Under the pieces are notes generated by a model. The model made no database searches. It was not told the origin of the DNA and worked only from the letters and a program-made list of their open reading frames with translations. Positions 8,155-16,396 of a stretch of 20,000 nt of DNA are shown one piece after another. Where the stretch lies: IMG/VR virus record IMGVR_UViG_3300044731_001157. One strand, written 5' to 3'. Numbering within the stretch: the stretch's first letter is position 1; every line of letters begins with the position of its first letter. The DNA comes from an uncultured virus (IMG/VR IMGVR_UViG_3300044731_001157). Lineage: Duplodnaviria; Heunggongvirae; Uroviricota; Caudoviricetes. The translations under genes and the position numbers were made by a program.

Positions 8155-9006
8155 CTATTCCTCTATAAGTTCGGCTTCGTTTTTTACGTTTAATGAATTG
8201 TAAAGGCTGTTTTTTCTTTTGCCAATAATGTTACCTTGAATTAATTTCACATTATCATTATCATCTACGATTAAATAGCTACCGCCTTCAATATTATCAT
8301 CAGTAGAAATTGCTTTTTTCAATCGGTCATCTTGCTTTGGAAGTGTTTTTGCCAATTGCTTTAAAACTACTTTTTTAATCATCCAATTCTCTGGGTCTTT
8401 TTTATCATTGAAGTACAGTTCATTTGATACTTTTAGAGTGTTGATAACACCTTTTACTTCTTTAGTTGACATAACTTTGAAAGTAACTTCGTTATCTTCT
8501 AATTTAGCACAAGCGTAAACAAACTTGATTTTGCTATTGCTTCTATCGGCATCGTGGTTCGGTATATGAACTAATTTTGGCTCTAAACCCATTTCGTAAA
8601 TAAAGTCATCATCTTCATAAACCACTTCAGTCCAAATTTTCTTAATTTTATCCGACCTCAATAGAAGCGTTATAAGACCTTTATATCCTAAAACTGGTGT
8701 TATGGTATCTTTGAAAGGAATAAAGAAAAACTCGCCTACCATTTGGCTTGGAGATAAGTCTAATTCAGCACAATGTAAGATACTTGCAAACAAACTTGCT
8801 GGATTCTTTAAAAAGGCTTCTTGGAGTTTAACGCTTTTCTTAATTTCAGTAATTACAACTTGTTTGAACTTTGCAGGAGTAAAACTTGAGTTCTCAAGTA
8901 ATTCTACAAGGTTCTTTTGCTCATAAATACCCATAGTGTGAGTAAACTTATCAATTAATGATAATTCACGTTTAGGAGCAGGGGAATTAATCGGTTTGTT
9001 TTCCAT
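8155..9006 (-). CDS. recT: RecT-family single-strand annealing protein
   Basis: PASLFASILHCAELDLSP..GEFFFIPFK...LGYKGLITLLLRS...EVVYEDDDF...WMIKKVVLKQLAKTLP. Confidence 0.9.
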   Translation of the reverse strand: MENKPINSPAPKRELSLIDKFTHTMGIYEQKNLVELLENSSFTPAKFKQVVITEIKKSVKLQEAFLKNPASLFASILHCAELDLSPSQMVGEFFFIPFKDTITPVLGYKGLITLLLRSDKIKKIWTEVVYEDDDFIYEMGLEPKLVHIPNHDADRSNSKIKFVYACAKLEDNEVTFKVMSTKEVKGVINTLKVSNELYFNDKKDPENWMIKKVVLKQLAKTLPKQDDRLKKAISTDDNIEGGSYLIVDDNDNVKLIQGNIIGKRKNSLYNSLNVKNEAELIEE

Positions 9007-9235
9007 AATACATTTTATCTAAAAGTTTTAAAAATTCTTGTTCTTGGTTTTTAAGTTCTATTATATACAAAGTGATGTTTTCAATTTCTATAAAAATCTT
9101 ATTCATATTGACTTTTGAGATTTGTACCCTATTATCAATAGAATATTTTTTCAACTGATTTTTATATTTCAAAAAATATTGAATATCATTTTGAACAACG
9201 CCAACCGCATAATATATTTCTCTTTCATTTATCAT
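8987..9235 (-). CDS. hypothetical protein
   Basis: 82-aa ORF overlapping both neighbours in the operon. Confidence 0.6.
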   Translation of the reverse strand: MINEREIYYAVGVVQNDIQYFLKYKNQLKKYSIDNRVQISKVNMNKIFIEIENITLYIIELKNQEQEFLKLLDKMYYGKQTD

Positions 9236-10017
9236 TATATCGTATAATATACTTGTTCAATGCTTGGTATGGTTAATTTGTGTTTGCAATCAGTTAACGG
9301 ACAGATTTTGCAAAGTTTTAAACTTGGGTAAGGCTTGAAATTATGCTTATTTAGCACAACTTCTTCATAAACCTTATCAACCGCTTCTAAATGACTTTGA
9401 AAAGCATCAGGGTCAATGTTTATCTTTATGATTTTAGCATCCTCTGGGTCTTTTGAATTGAATATAAAAAAGTAAAAATCAATATCTTCATAATCGACCT
9501 CGCATACTTCCGACAACAAAATGGTATAGTGTACCGCTTGTATCATTAAATTGTCCTTGTAAGGCAAAGATTCGGTTTCCCAACCCATTTCATTCCATTT
9601 GTCATCTAATAGTCCGCTATACTTTAAATCGATAACGCATAGCCTATTATTGAATTTTGCCACAATGTCTAATATACCAGTACGATTTTCCCTTGTAATA
9701 ATTTTGCCAGTTTCAATTATTTCGATTTTATAATGGTCAATTACTTTTTTGAAGAACTCGGCACTTGCATTGGCTCTTTCGTAATCAGTAGATAATTTCT
9801 CTTTTGCAGTTCCTTTGTAAATAATTTCTGGAGCAGGTATTTCGCCAGTTCTCGGTAAGCACCCAGTCGCCATAAACTCAAAGTAATTTCCTGCGTTCAT
9901 TACGCCTGATGATGGAAAAACAACCCCATCTACATACTTTGCTTTTACTTGTAAGCCACAAGCTCTTTTTTGTTTGTACTTGCTATATTCTTTTACGAAT
10001 GATTGAGAGATTTTCAT
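9235..10017 (-). CDS. PD-(D/E)XK RecB/Cas4-like exonuclease (likely RecT partner)
   Basis: GILDIV...VIDLKYS...QAVHY motifs; N-terminal Cys plus C-terminal CKICPLTDC (Fe-S-type arrangement). Confidence 0.85.
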   Translation of the reverse strand: MKISQSFVKEYSKYKQKRACGLQVKAKYVDGVVFPSSGVMNAGNYFEFMATGCLPRTGEIPAPEIIYKGTAKEKLSTDYERANASAEFFKKVIDHYKIEIIETGKIITRENRTGILDIVAKFNNRLCVIDLKYSGLLDDKWNEMGWETESLPYKDNLMIQAVHYTILLSEVCEVDYEDIDFYFFIFNSKDPEDAKIIKINIDPDAFQSHLEAVDKVYEEVVLNKHNFKPYPSLKLCKICPLTDCKHKLTIPSIEQVYYTI

Positions 10018-10018
10018 A

Positions 10019-10723
10019 TTAAAATAATGATGTTTGTGATTTTTTATTTTTTAATCTTTTTGTTGAACTATTATAAAATTCTTTATCAATTTCGCAACCT
10101 AAAAAATTTCTTTTTTCTTTCATACAAGCTAATGCAGTAGAACCACTTCCACTAAAACAATCTAAAACTAAATGATTTTCGTTAGAATGAATTAAAAGCA
10201 ATCTTCTTAATAAATCTAAAGGTTTTTCAGTAGGGTGTATTCTTTCAGATGAACTTGGAGAAGAATATTCGTAAACTTTTAATTGGTCTTTAACTCCTAT
10301 TGAATTAAAAGTAGCACTTTTACCTCTTACATAAACCATAAATTCTACATCACTTATGTAGTTTCCATTTCCTAAAGGTATTGGATTTGGTTTTCTCCAT
10401 ATTAGAAGTGTTACTGAATATCCTTTATTTTCCCAATAAGACATTATTTTACTTATTTGTCTATTACTACAAAAAATAATCATATTTGGTACTTTACATA
10501 TTCTATCAAACTCACTAAAAACTTTATCATAATCAAAGCCATTAGAAATAAAATTAATGTGTCGTTCTCGAGTTAATTTTCTCTCAAAATAACCATCTTT
10601 AACTAAACCTCCATGAATTTCGTGTTCGTATGGTGGGTCTGTTAATATTAAGTCTATTGATTTATCTTCTATTTTTGATAAAAAATCAAGGCAATCTTCG
10701 TTATATATTTGGTTTAATTCCAT
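10019..10723 (-). CDS. N6-adenine/N4-cytosine DNA methyltransferase, beta class (orphan)
   Basis: DLILTDPPY precedes HPTEKP and VLDCFSGSGST. Confidence 0.93.
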   Translation of the reverse strand: MELNQIYNEDCLDFLSKIEDKSIDLILTDPPYEHEIHGGLVKDGYFERKLTRERHINFISNGFDYDKVFSEFDRICKVPNMIIFCSNRQISKIMSYWENKGYSVTLLIWRKPNPIPLGNGNYISDVEFMVYVRGKSATFNSIGVKDQLKVYEYSSPSSSERIHPTEKPLDLLRRLLLIHSNENHLVLDCFSGSGSTALACMKEKRNFLGCEIDKEFYNSSTKRLKNKKSQTSLF

Positions 10724-11013
10724 TATTTATTGTTCAAGTTATTAATTTTGTCGTATTCTTCTTTTAGTAGCCACCCATCACTGGTATATTCTTTACCAAC
10801 CCACACGAACTCATTTCCTTTGCGTTTGCGAGTAGATATTCCAACAATAGGCGTTTCTACTCTTACATCGATAAGTCTTTTGAAATCTATTTGAATTTGG
10901 GATTTATATTGCAAGTCAACAAGCATTTGGTCTGCATCGTTTTTATTTTCCGCTTCCATGATTATTGGTTTGTCCATTCCTAAAAAAAAGTATTTGTAGA
11001 ATCGTGTTTTCAA
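10723..11013 (-). CDS. hypothetical protein
   Basis: 96-aa ORF (TTG start); stop overlaps the MTase ATG. Confidence 0.65.
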   Translation of the reverse strand: MKTRFYKYFFLGMDKPIIMEAENKNDADQMLVDLQYKSQIQIDFKRLIDVRVETPIVGISTRKRKGNEFVWVGKEYTSDGWLLKEEYDKINNLNNK

Positions 11014-11142
11014 AGTAAACTATTTATTTCGGTGTTTGTTTTGAATAAAAATCATTGCAAAAACCTATTTGAATTGAAAGCATTGTATATTTGTTGGAAT
11101 TACACTTTTATCCATTGGTGTTTTATGGTTTCTTGGAAAGTG

Positions 11143-11171
11143 AAAAGGGAGGATTTATCTTCCCTTTTTTT
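11143..11171 (-). terminator. intrinsic terminator-like hairpin after the 11170 gene
   Basis: AAAAGGGAGGAT-TT-ATCTTCCCTTTT on the + strand. Confidence 0.6.
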
Positions 11172-11472
11172 ATTCTTTGTAATCTAAACCATCAAACTCA
11201 TCTACATCATCTACAATTATCACATTACCAGCAATAAAATCACTTGGGTAAATTAGATTATCTTCTTTTGCTCTACGAGTAGCTTCTTCGTTATATTCCA
11301 ATCCTTTCAGTTTACCTTCCTCATCTAACAGCATTAATCTACCATCTGACATTGTTAGTATTTCAATTGGACTTTCATAATGGTCTTTAGAAACGAAATG
11401 TTTGGCATCTTTGAAAGTTTTTACGTTAACTTTTTTAATATCGCCTTCGGTTGTAATTAAAGTAACTTGCAT
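11170..11472 (-). CDS. DUF3846-like phage protein
   Basis: IEIL...MLLDEEGKLKGLEYNEEAT...DFIAGNVII signature. Confidence 0.75.
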   Translation of the reverse strand: MQVTLITTEGDIKKVNVKTFKDAKHFVSKDHYESPIEILTMSDGRLMLLDEEGKLKGLEYNEEATRRAKEDNLIYPSDFIAGNVIIVDDVDEFDGLDYKE

Positions 11473-11488
11473 TTTGTTTATTATTAAA

Positions 11489-11529
11489 TTTTAAAGTTCG
11501 TAACAAATATAAAAAGTTTTTTGGTTCTA
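11489..11529 (-). promoter_or_regulatory. repeated early promoter, copy A
   Basis: Minus strand TAGAACCAAAA..TATATTTG..GAACTTTAAAA upstream of ATG 11472. Confidence 0.8.
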
Positions 11530-11537
11530 AAAAATAA

Positions 11538-11849
11538 TTAATCAATATTTTTTATCTTAAAAGCAGTTTTTATTTGTTCAATAGGTTTTTTTAGTTCTGG
11601 ATTACGTTGCAACACTAATCTACTCATTCTTGAAATGGTGTTAATCTTGGCTGTTTTATCCTTGAATTTACTATTGAAGTATGTAAACACATCATACCCA
11701 CTCATCTCATTGATTTTATCTTTACCTAATTCGTAAAAATAAAAAGTAAATATAAGTCGGTCTGTATCATTACATAGTTCGGGTACTTTTTCTAATAGAA
11801 ATTTTACCTTTGCGTAAGTGCTTTCTAATTTTTTAAATTCTACTTCCAT
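11538..11849 (-). CDS. hypothetical helical protein (possibly DNA-binding)
   Basis: 103-aa ORF overlapping the upstream gene. Confidence 0.65.
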   Translation of the reverse strand: MEVEFKKLESTYAKVKFLLEKVPELCNDTDRLIFTFYFYELGKDKINEMSGYDVFTYFNSKFKDKTAKINTISRMSRLVLQRNPELKKPIEQIKTAFKIKNID

Positions 11850-12138
11850 AAATGTTTCCTTTATATGCGAAAATTACCTGATTTTTATCAGATATGTTTT
11901 CTGTTATTTCAAAATAAATATCTCTCATCATTTGTCTTGATTCAGCAATAGACCTACCATTAAAAAACCAATAGTAGTTGCCATCTTTATAAGTTCCAAA
12001 CATATATCTATGTCCAGAGTTAATTTCAGAATCCAAAGGCGATAACATTACTATATTTATTCCGCTTTCGGTAAATTCCGTAAACTCACATTTTTTTCGT
12101 AAAGCCTTTAAATCAAAGGGTATTGTTGTTAAATCCAT
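11833..12138 (-). CDS. hypothetical protein
   Basis: 101-aa ORF preceded by a TATATTTG -7 element (12157-12164, minus strand). Confidence 0.65.
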   Translation of the reverse strand: MDLTTIPFDLKALRKKCEFTEFTESGINIVMLSPLDSEINSGHRYMFGTYKDGNYYWFFNGRSIAESRQMMRDIYFEITENISDKNQVIFAYKGNIYGSRI

Positions 12139-12169
12139 CTTGGTATGTTTTAATTACAAATATAATAAA

Positions 12170-12227
12170 TCTTATCTAATAAAATAAAACATATTTAATA
12201 TAATATAAAATATCTTATTAGATAAGA
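12170..12227. repeat. 17-bp inverted repeat (16/17) with 24-bp AT-rich spacer
   Basis: TCTTATCTAATAAAATA (12170-12186) versus TATCTTATTAGATAAGA (12211-12227). Confidence 0.8.
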
Positions 12228-12229
12228 GT

Positions 12230-12994
12230 TTAATCTTGTTGTTCTTGGTTTGTATTAGGTTCAATAGTGCTTTCTAATTCTTTAAAAGAATCAATTGTAT
12301 TATAAGTTAATTGCTTATATAACATATTGTGCATGTCGAAAAAATCGTGAACTAATTTTCTGTTTTCAAAGCTATCACGATAATAGATGCAATCGGTATT
12401 CCAACTCTCGAAGTTTTCGCCTAAAAGAATTGATAATTCGTACATCATAAAAAAGCAACTCAAACGAATATCTTTGTAAATCAATTTCATTGCTTTATTT
12501 TCTTTTTTTAAGGTAACTGTTTCAACATATTCTCCATTTTCATAACGCTCATATTTTTTTTCTGAACCCAATACTCCTAAAGTAGCCAAACGAATATTTT
12601 TTGATTTTTCATCTTTAATACCATGTTGGTACGTTTTTTTAGAAATATAACCCTTAACATAAGCAATTCTCCAATAGGCGTGGTCTAAATCAGTTCCAGT
12701 AAGAGTTCCTACTTCATCGTCATAATCGTAGTTGTAATCTTTTATTTTTTTTTGAGGTGGCAAATCAATAAATGGATTATTATCAATAAATTTTTTCACA
12801 TCATCATTAACCATTTTAAATAAATACAATTTGTTTTTTGGAAAATTTTTATTTTCGGTGGCGAAAAGATAGTGGTTATCATCAAAAATAATTTGGTTTA
12901 TTTCACTACCTTTTCTTATAAAAAAATTATGTTTTCCTCCAACTAATTTTTTGTAAATTCTATCACAAGAAAAATTCTTAAAATATTTTTTCAT
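12230..12994 (-). CDS. minimal family-B DNA polymerase-like protein (palm/fingers only)
   Basis: Motif A-like GTDLDHAYW, motif B-like KNIRLATLGVLG and motif C-like SWNTDCIYY in the correct order. Confidence 0.7.
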   Translation of the reverse strand: MKKYFKNFSCDRIYKKLVGGKHNFFIRKGSEINQIIFDDNHYLFATENKNFPKNKLYLFKMVNDDVKKFIDNNPFIDLPPQKKIKDYNYDYDDEVGTLTGTDLDHAYWRIAYVKGYISKKTYQHGIKDEKSKNIRLATLGVLGSEKKYERYENGEYVETVTLKKENKAMKLIYKDIRLSCFFMMYELSILLGENFESWNTDCIYYRDSFENRKLVHDFFDMHNMLYKQLTYNTIDSFKELESTIEPNTNQEQQD

Positions 12995-12996
12995 AA

Positions 12997-14022
12997 TTAA
13001 TAAATCTTACCTCCTTTTTCAAACTTATCTATAATTTGTTGTTGTCTTTGTTGAAATTGTCTTTTAGTAATTAAGCCTTTTTCAAAATCTTTTCTTAAAT
13101 CATTCATAGAACGCTCAAAACTTTGTTGTCTATCTCTTTGTAGTTTTAAAATTTCTAAATCAATATTTTTGTCAGTAGGTACTTTAGGTGTATCTTCAAT
13201 TTTTGCTTTTGATTGAGTAACACTTTTTGGCTCTACCTCTTTAGGCTTTAATCTTGCTTCTGCTTTTCTTCTTTTTTCTTTTTCCTTTTTTTGTTTCTTT
13301 TTTTCTTCCTCTCTTAAAATCCTTTCCTGTTTTTTATCTTCTGGTAAATCTTCTAATTTAGTTTTAGTAAAAATTTCATCTTTGTCTGTTTCTATGTCTA
13401 AAGAAGAATTATTGAAAGTTACTAAAACATAATAACTACAAGGCTTACCATCGTCTTTTTTATTTGGTTGAACTAAAATTTTAAATATAATAGTTGGTAA
13501 TTCTTCGCTCTTATTTGCTTCATTTACATAAACATTTCTAATTTTATCCCTTATTTCTGTCATATTAGGCATTAAAGACTTTTTTATAATACCAGTATCA
13601 ATTATTCCATCAAAAACAAAACGCATAGGTAAATTAGGCTCAAAAACATCCCAAATATCACTATCCCCAATAAGAAACCACTCTCTATCAATTAAATCAA
13701 TAGCAGGAACATCAAGAGCAGAAAAACAATCCTCAATCGGTTTTGGTGTAGGTGTAGGTGCTGGTTGTTTTCCTTGTTGAATTTTATCATTAAATTCTAA
13801 TTCAATATCAGATAACTTAACCCTATTATGTGTTTTCCCTTTAAAGTTAGGATAAACATTTTTTGATGCAAAACGCATACTTTCACTCCAAGTCCACCCT
13901 AACTTTTTCTTTTTGTTAAGTTCGTGTACTTTTTTAGCTACTTTTAGCCAAGTCTTTCTACCATTTGGCTTTTTAGCCTTTGGTTTATTGACTTTTTTAT
14001 TAGTTGGTTTATTTTTGCTCAT
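12997..14022 (-). CDS. basic N-terminal, coiled-coil C-terminal protein of unknown function, cotranscribed with the PolB-like gene
   Basis: Lys-rich N-terminus, PAPTPTPKP linker, globular core, EK-rich coil; stop 2 nt before the PolB-like ATG. Confidence 0.75.
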   Translation of the reverse strand: MSKNKPTNKKVNKPKAKKPNGRKTWLKVAKKVHELNKKKKLGWTWSESMRFASKNVYPNFKGKTHNRVKLSDIELEFNDKIQQGKQPAPTPTPKPIEDCFSALDVPAIDLIDREWFLIGDSDIWDVFEPNLPMRFVFDGIIDTGIIKKSLMPNMTEIRDKIRNVYVNEANKSEELPTIIFKILVQPNKKDDGKPCSYYVLVTFNNSSLDIETDKDEIFTKTKLEDLPEDKKQERILREEEKKKQKKEKEKRRKAEARLKPKEVEPKSVTQSKAKIEDTPKVPTDKNIDLEILKLQRDRQQSFERSMNDLRKDFEKGLITKRQFQQRQQQIIDKFEKGGKIY

Positions 14023-14305
14023 CTTTTAATTCAAAATTTTTATATTTTAAAATAGTGCTTTTTGATAAATTAAAATAGATTTGTGCTTCTTTGATTTTTT
14101 TATGCTTACAAAAATCAGAAATAGCAACTTTCGTTTTATCAGAAACGGCATATCTTTTTTTGCCAGTATCAGTCAAATTATGTTTGGTGCAATGAAAGTT
14201 TATTACACTACGATTACAATTCAAAATACTTTCTATTTCTCTATAACTCTTACCTTGTTTTCTTAACTCAAGGATTTCTAATTTTAATTTTCTATATCCA
14301 GACAT
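14009..14305 (-). CDS. helix-turn-helix DNA-binding protein
   Basis: ILELRKQGKSYREIESILNCNRSVINFH HTH, plus a second HTH-like EAQIYFNLSKSTILKY. Confidence 0.8.
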   Translation of the reverse strand: MSGYRKLKLEILELRKQGKSYREIESILNCNRSVINFHCTKHNLTDTGKKRYAVSDKTKVAISDFCKHKKIKEAQIYFNLSKSTILKYKNFELKDEQK

Positions 14306-14392
14306 AATGAAGTTTTTGGTTTAAATTTTTAAATTTGTGTCAAAAAAAGTGGCAACAAGTACCACTATTATTTTTTAGATATTTTAAAATAT

Positions 14393-14638
14393 CTATTTAA
14401 GTTTGTTCCAAAGGTCTTTTAATGGCGTTTGCTCAAATTTAATTCCTTCAGCAAATTCTATTTTAGGACTTTGAAAACCAGTTGAAGTAGATTCCGTTTC
14501 ATCTTCCCCTAATGAAACAGAAGTATTACCAACAACAATTTCGTCTTTTTTAAAGAACGAATAAACGAAAAAAGCAACTGCTCCTACAAGTATAGCTCCT
14601 CCTCCGTAATACAACATTTTTTTAGTATTTGAATCCAT
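14393..14638 (-). CDS. small N-terminally membrane-anchored protein
   Basis: LYYGGGAILVGAVAFFVYSFFKK helix; own -7 element TACATTTG at 14655-14662 (minus strand). Confidence 0.75.
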   Translation of the reverse strand: MDSNTKKMLYYGGGAILVGAVAFFVYSFFKKDEIVVGNTSVSLGEDETESTSTGFQSPKIEFAEGIKFEQTPLKDLWNKLK

Positions 14639-14691
14639 AATAATTTATTTTTGTCAAATGTACTAAAAAAAATAAACCAATGAACATTAAT

Positions 14692-14883
14692 TTAAAAAGG
14701 ACATTTAATTACTTCCTTTGGTTTAACTATTTCTATTTTTTCTCTTTGTAGTTTTTCAGAAATTGAATCACGAATAAAGTCGCAAACTCTAACATTATAG
14801 TTTTCTAACTTTTTTAAAGTTTGATATTGAACTTCTGTAAGTTTTACTACTTTAGATTTTGTATATTTTATAGGCTTTGACAT
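14692..14883 (-). CDS. ribbon-helix-helix (CopG/Arc-like) DNA-binding protein
   Basis: KVVKLTEVQYQTLKKL...VCDFIRDSISEKL strand-helix-helix pattern. Confidence 0.65.
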   Translation of the reverse strand: MSKPIKYTKSKVVKLTEVQYQTLKKLENYNVRVCDFIRDSISEKLQREKIEIVKPKEVIKCPF

Positions 14884-14930
14884 AAATAAGTAATACTTTT
14901 ATTGTGGTTAGCGATAAGTTATGTGCCATA

Positions 14931-15239
14931 TTAAGACACAACTTCGACAAAATCATTTTCGGTAATATTGAATGAATGATAACCACTTTCAGTATAACCA
15001 ACTTGACATTTAAGTATAGCGTAAACAAAAGGATGATTATAGCCATTTACTGGATTACTTCTTTTAAATTGAATAATGCTACCTTTTTTATATTTCTGAC
15101 ACCAAATAACATCTTTTGTTAATCTACCAATTTTCATAGTTGATTTTTTAAAGTTTTCAATTTCGTGTCTATCAAAATACTCATTTAATTCCTCAAATGA
15201 ATTTGGATATTTTCTTTGTAACCATTTTAAACTGTTCAT
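14931..15239 (-). CDS. cassette 1 cargo, hypothetical protein
   Basis: ORF fills the cassette; start is either ATG 15239 or ATG 15266 (which overlaps the att box). Confidence 0.7.
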   Translation of the reverse strand: MNSLKWLQRKYPNSFEELNEYFDRHEIENFKKSTMKIGRLTKDVIWCQKYKKGSIIQFKRSNPVNGYNHPFVYAILKCQVGYTESGYHSFNITENDFVEVVS

Positions 15240-15254
15240 AATTCGATAAAATAC

Positions 15255-15391
15255 GGCACATAACATCGGTTTTGCAATAGTGGGGCTTTAGTGCTAAAAC
15301 AAACATTTGTACCTTGATTAAACATTAGTAATAAATTCAACTTTTCGGCTTCGATTTCCCCACCATCGCAAAGCCCCGTACCGTTAGCAAA
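15255..15391 (+). repeat. attC-like site 1
   Basis: GGCACATAAC-ATC-GGTTTTGCAATAGTGGGG ... CCCCACCATCGCAAAGCC-CCGTACC-GTTAGCAAA. Confidence 0.85.
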
Positions 15392-15737
15392 CATTTTGCG
15401 TAACGTTGTGAAAAGAACAAACAAAATCTAATTGTTCTTTAAAATTCGGGTATTGAAAATGCGGGTAATTGAAAACTTCCGAATAATGTATTTCCATAAT
15501 TCTAATATATTCCTCTCTTATAGTTTCATTAAAAATATCTTCAAAAACAGAACCTTCGTCAAACATTTTTAATTTTTGTGCTATTTTTTCGCAATGAATG
15601 TGATTTTTCCAAACATAAACATCATCTTCTTTACAAAATGCTCTTGTATAGGTTTCGCCTACTTTTATTTTTTCATTACACCAATCGCAAGTATGTTCTT
15701 TTCTAGCCTTTGGAGTTGTAAAACTTATTGTTTCCAT
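15384..15737 (-). CDS. cassette 2 cargo, zinc-finger-type phage protein
   Basis: KARKEHTCDWC...HIHC; the stop codon is formed by the GTTA box. Confidence 0.8.
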   Translation of the reverse strand: METISFTTPKARKEHTCDWCNEKIKVGETYTRAFCKEDDVYVWKNHIHCEKIAQKLKMFDEGSVFEDIFNETIREEYIRIMEIHYSEVFNYPHFQYPNFKEQLDFVCSFHNVTQNVC

Positions 15738-15748
15738 AATAAAAACGA

Positions 15749-15886
15749 TTTGCTAACATCGGTTTTGCTCTATTGCGGTTTTAGGCTTAACTGGATGTTC
15801 GGTTTGTATTTATTAATTTTGTTTTTAAATCTAAAGTTTTGGTTTACTTTTCCGCAACAAAGCAAAGCCGAGAAACGTTAGCACCA
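15749..15886 (+). repeat. attC-like site 2
   Basis: TTTGCTAAC-AT-CGGTTTTGCTCTATTGCGG ... CCGCAACAAAGCAAAGCCG-AGAAAC-GTTAGCACCA. Confidence 0.88.
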
Positions 15887-15890
15887 ATGA

Positions 15891-16142
15891 TTAAACAAGG
15901 CGAAGTTCAGCGACATTCACCCAAAAATCATCGTACTTAGGGTCATCTTCATTTTCAGTAGTTCGTATTAGCACATCTTCGCCTTGTATCTCAGTAACCC
16001 AATAATCCCAACTTTCGGGATAATTTCGTTTTACCTTTTGATTGATAGACAAATCACTGGTGCTAACAACAGATTGCTTCAATTGCGAGTGATACGCATC
16101 TACAATCTTTTGTGCTTCTAAATATTCTCTGTGTGTTATCAT
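15891..16142 (-). CDS. cassette 3 cargo, small protein (possible SH3-like C-terminal barrel); starts inside the attC-like loop
   Basis: ATG at 16142 lies in the loop of site 3 with an A-rich leader; LSINQKVKR...WVNVAELRLV. Confidence 0.7.
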   Translation of the reverse strand: MITHREYLEAQKIVDAYHSQLKQSVVSTSDLSINQKVKRNYPESWDYWVTEIQGEDVLIRTTENEDDPKYDDFWVNVAELRLV

Positions 16143-16195
16143 GATTTTTCGTTTTTAAATTCGCAACTAAAGCAATCTGCAATCCGTTATGCGAT
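16058..16195 (+). repeat. attC-like site 3
   Basis: TGGTGCTAAC-AA-CAGATTGCTTCAATTGCGA ... TCGCAACTAAAGCAATCTG-CAATCC-GTTATGCGAT. Confidence 0.88.
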
Positions 16196-16396
16196 ATTAT
16201 TTGATTTAAATAAATATAATTTAGCTATTATTCTATCTATTTCACTAATTCTGCCTAATGTTATACTTGTTTGCCTTCTTTTTTTAAGCATAAACAAGCG
16301 TTCTTCAAAACCTAAAATTAAATATTTCAACGTAACATCGCATAACACAGGTTTTGTGCTATTGCTTGGCTCAGTGTTTAAATTTTGTTCAGTCAT
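16187..16396 (-). CDS. cassette 4 cargo, small helical protein; starts inside the attC-like loop
   Basis: ATG 16396 in the loop of site 4; stop TAA is the GTTA box at 16186-16189. Confidence 0.7.
   Translation of the reverse strand: MTEQNLNTEPSNSTKPVLCDVTLKYLILGFEERLFMLKKRRQTSITLGRISEIDRIIAKLYLFKSNNIA

Noticed and set aside
8702..8926. Plus-strand 74-aa ORF
   Set aside because: Antisense shadow inside recT.
9235..10017. Cas4 as part of a CRISPR system
   Set aside because: No other cas genes or array; its position next to recT indicates a recombination exonuclease.
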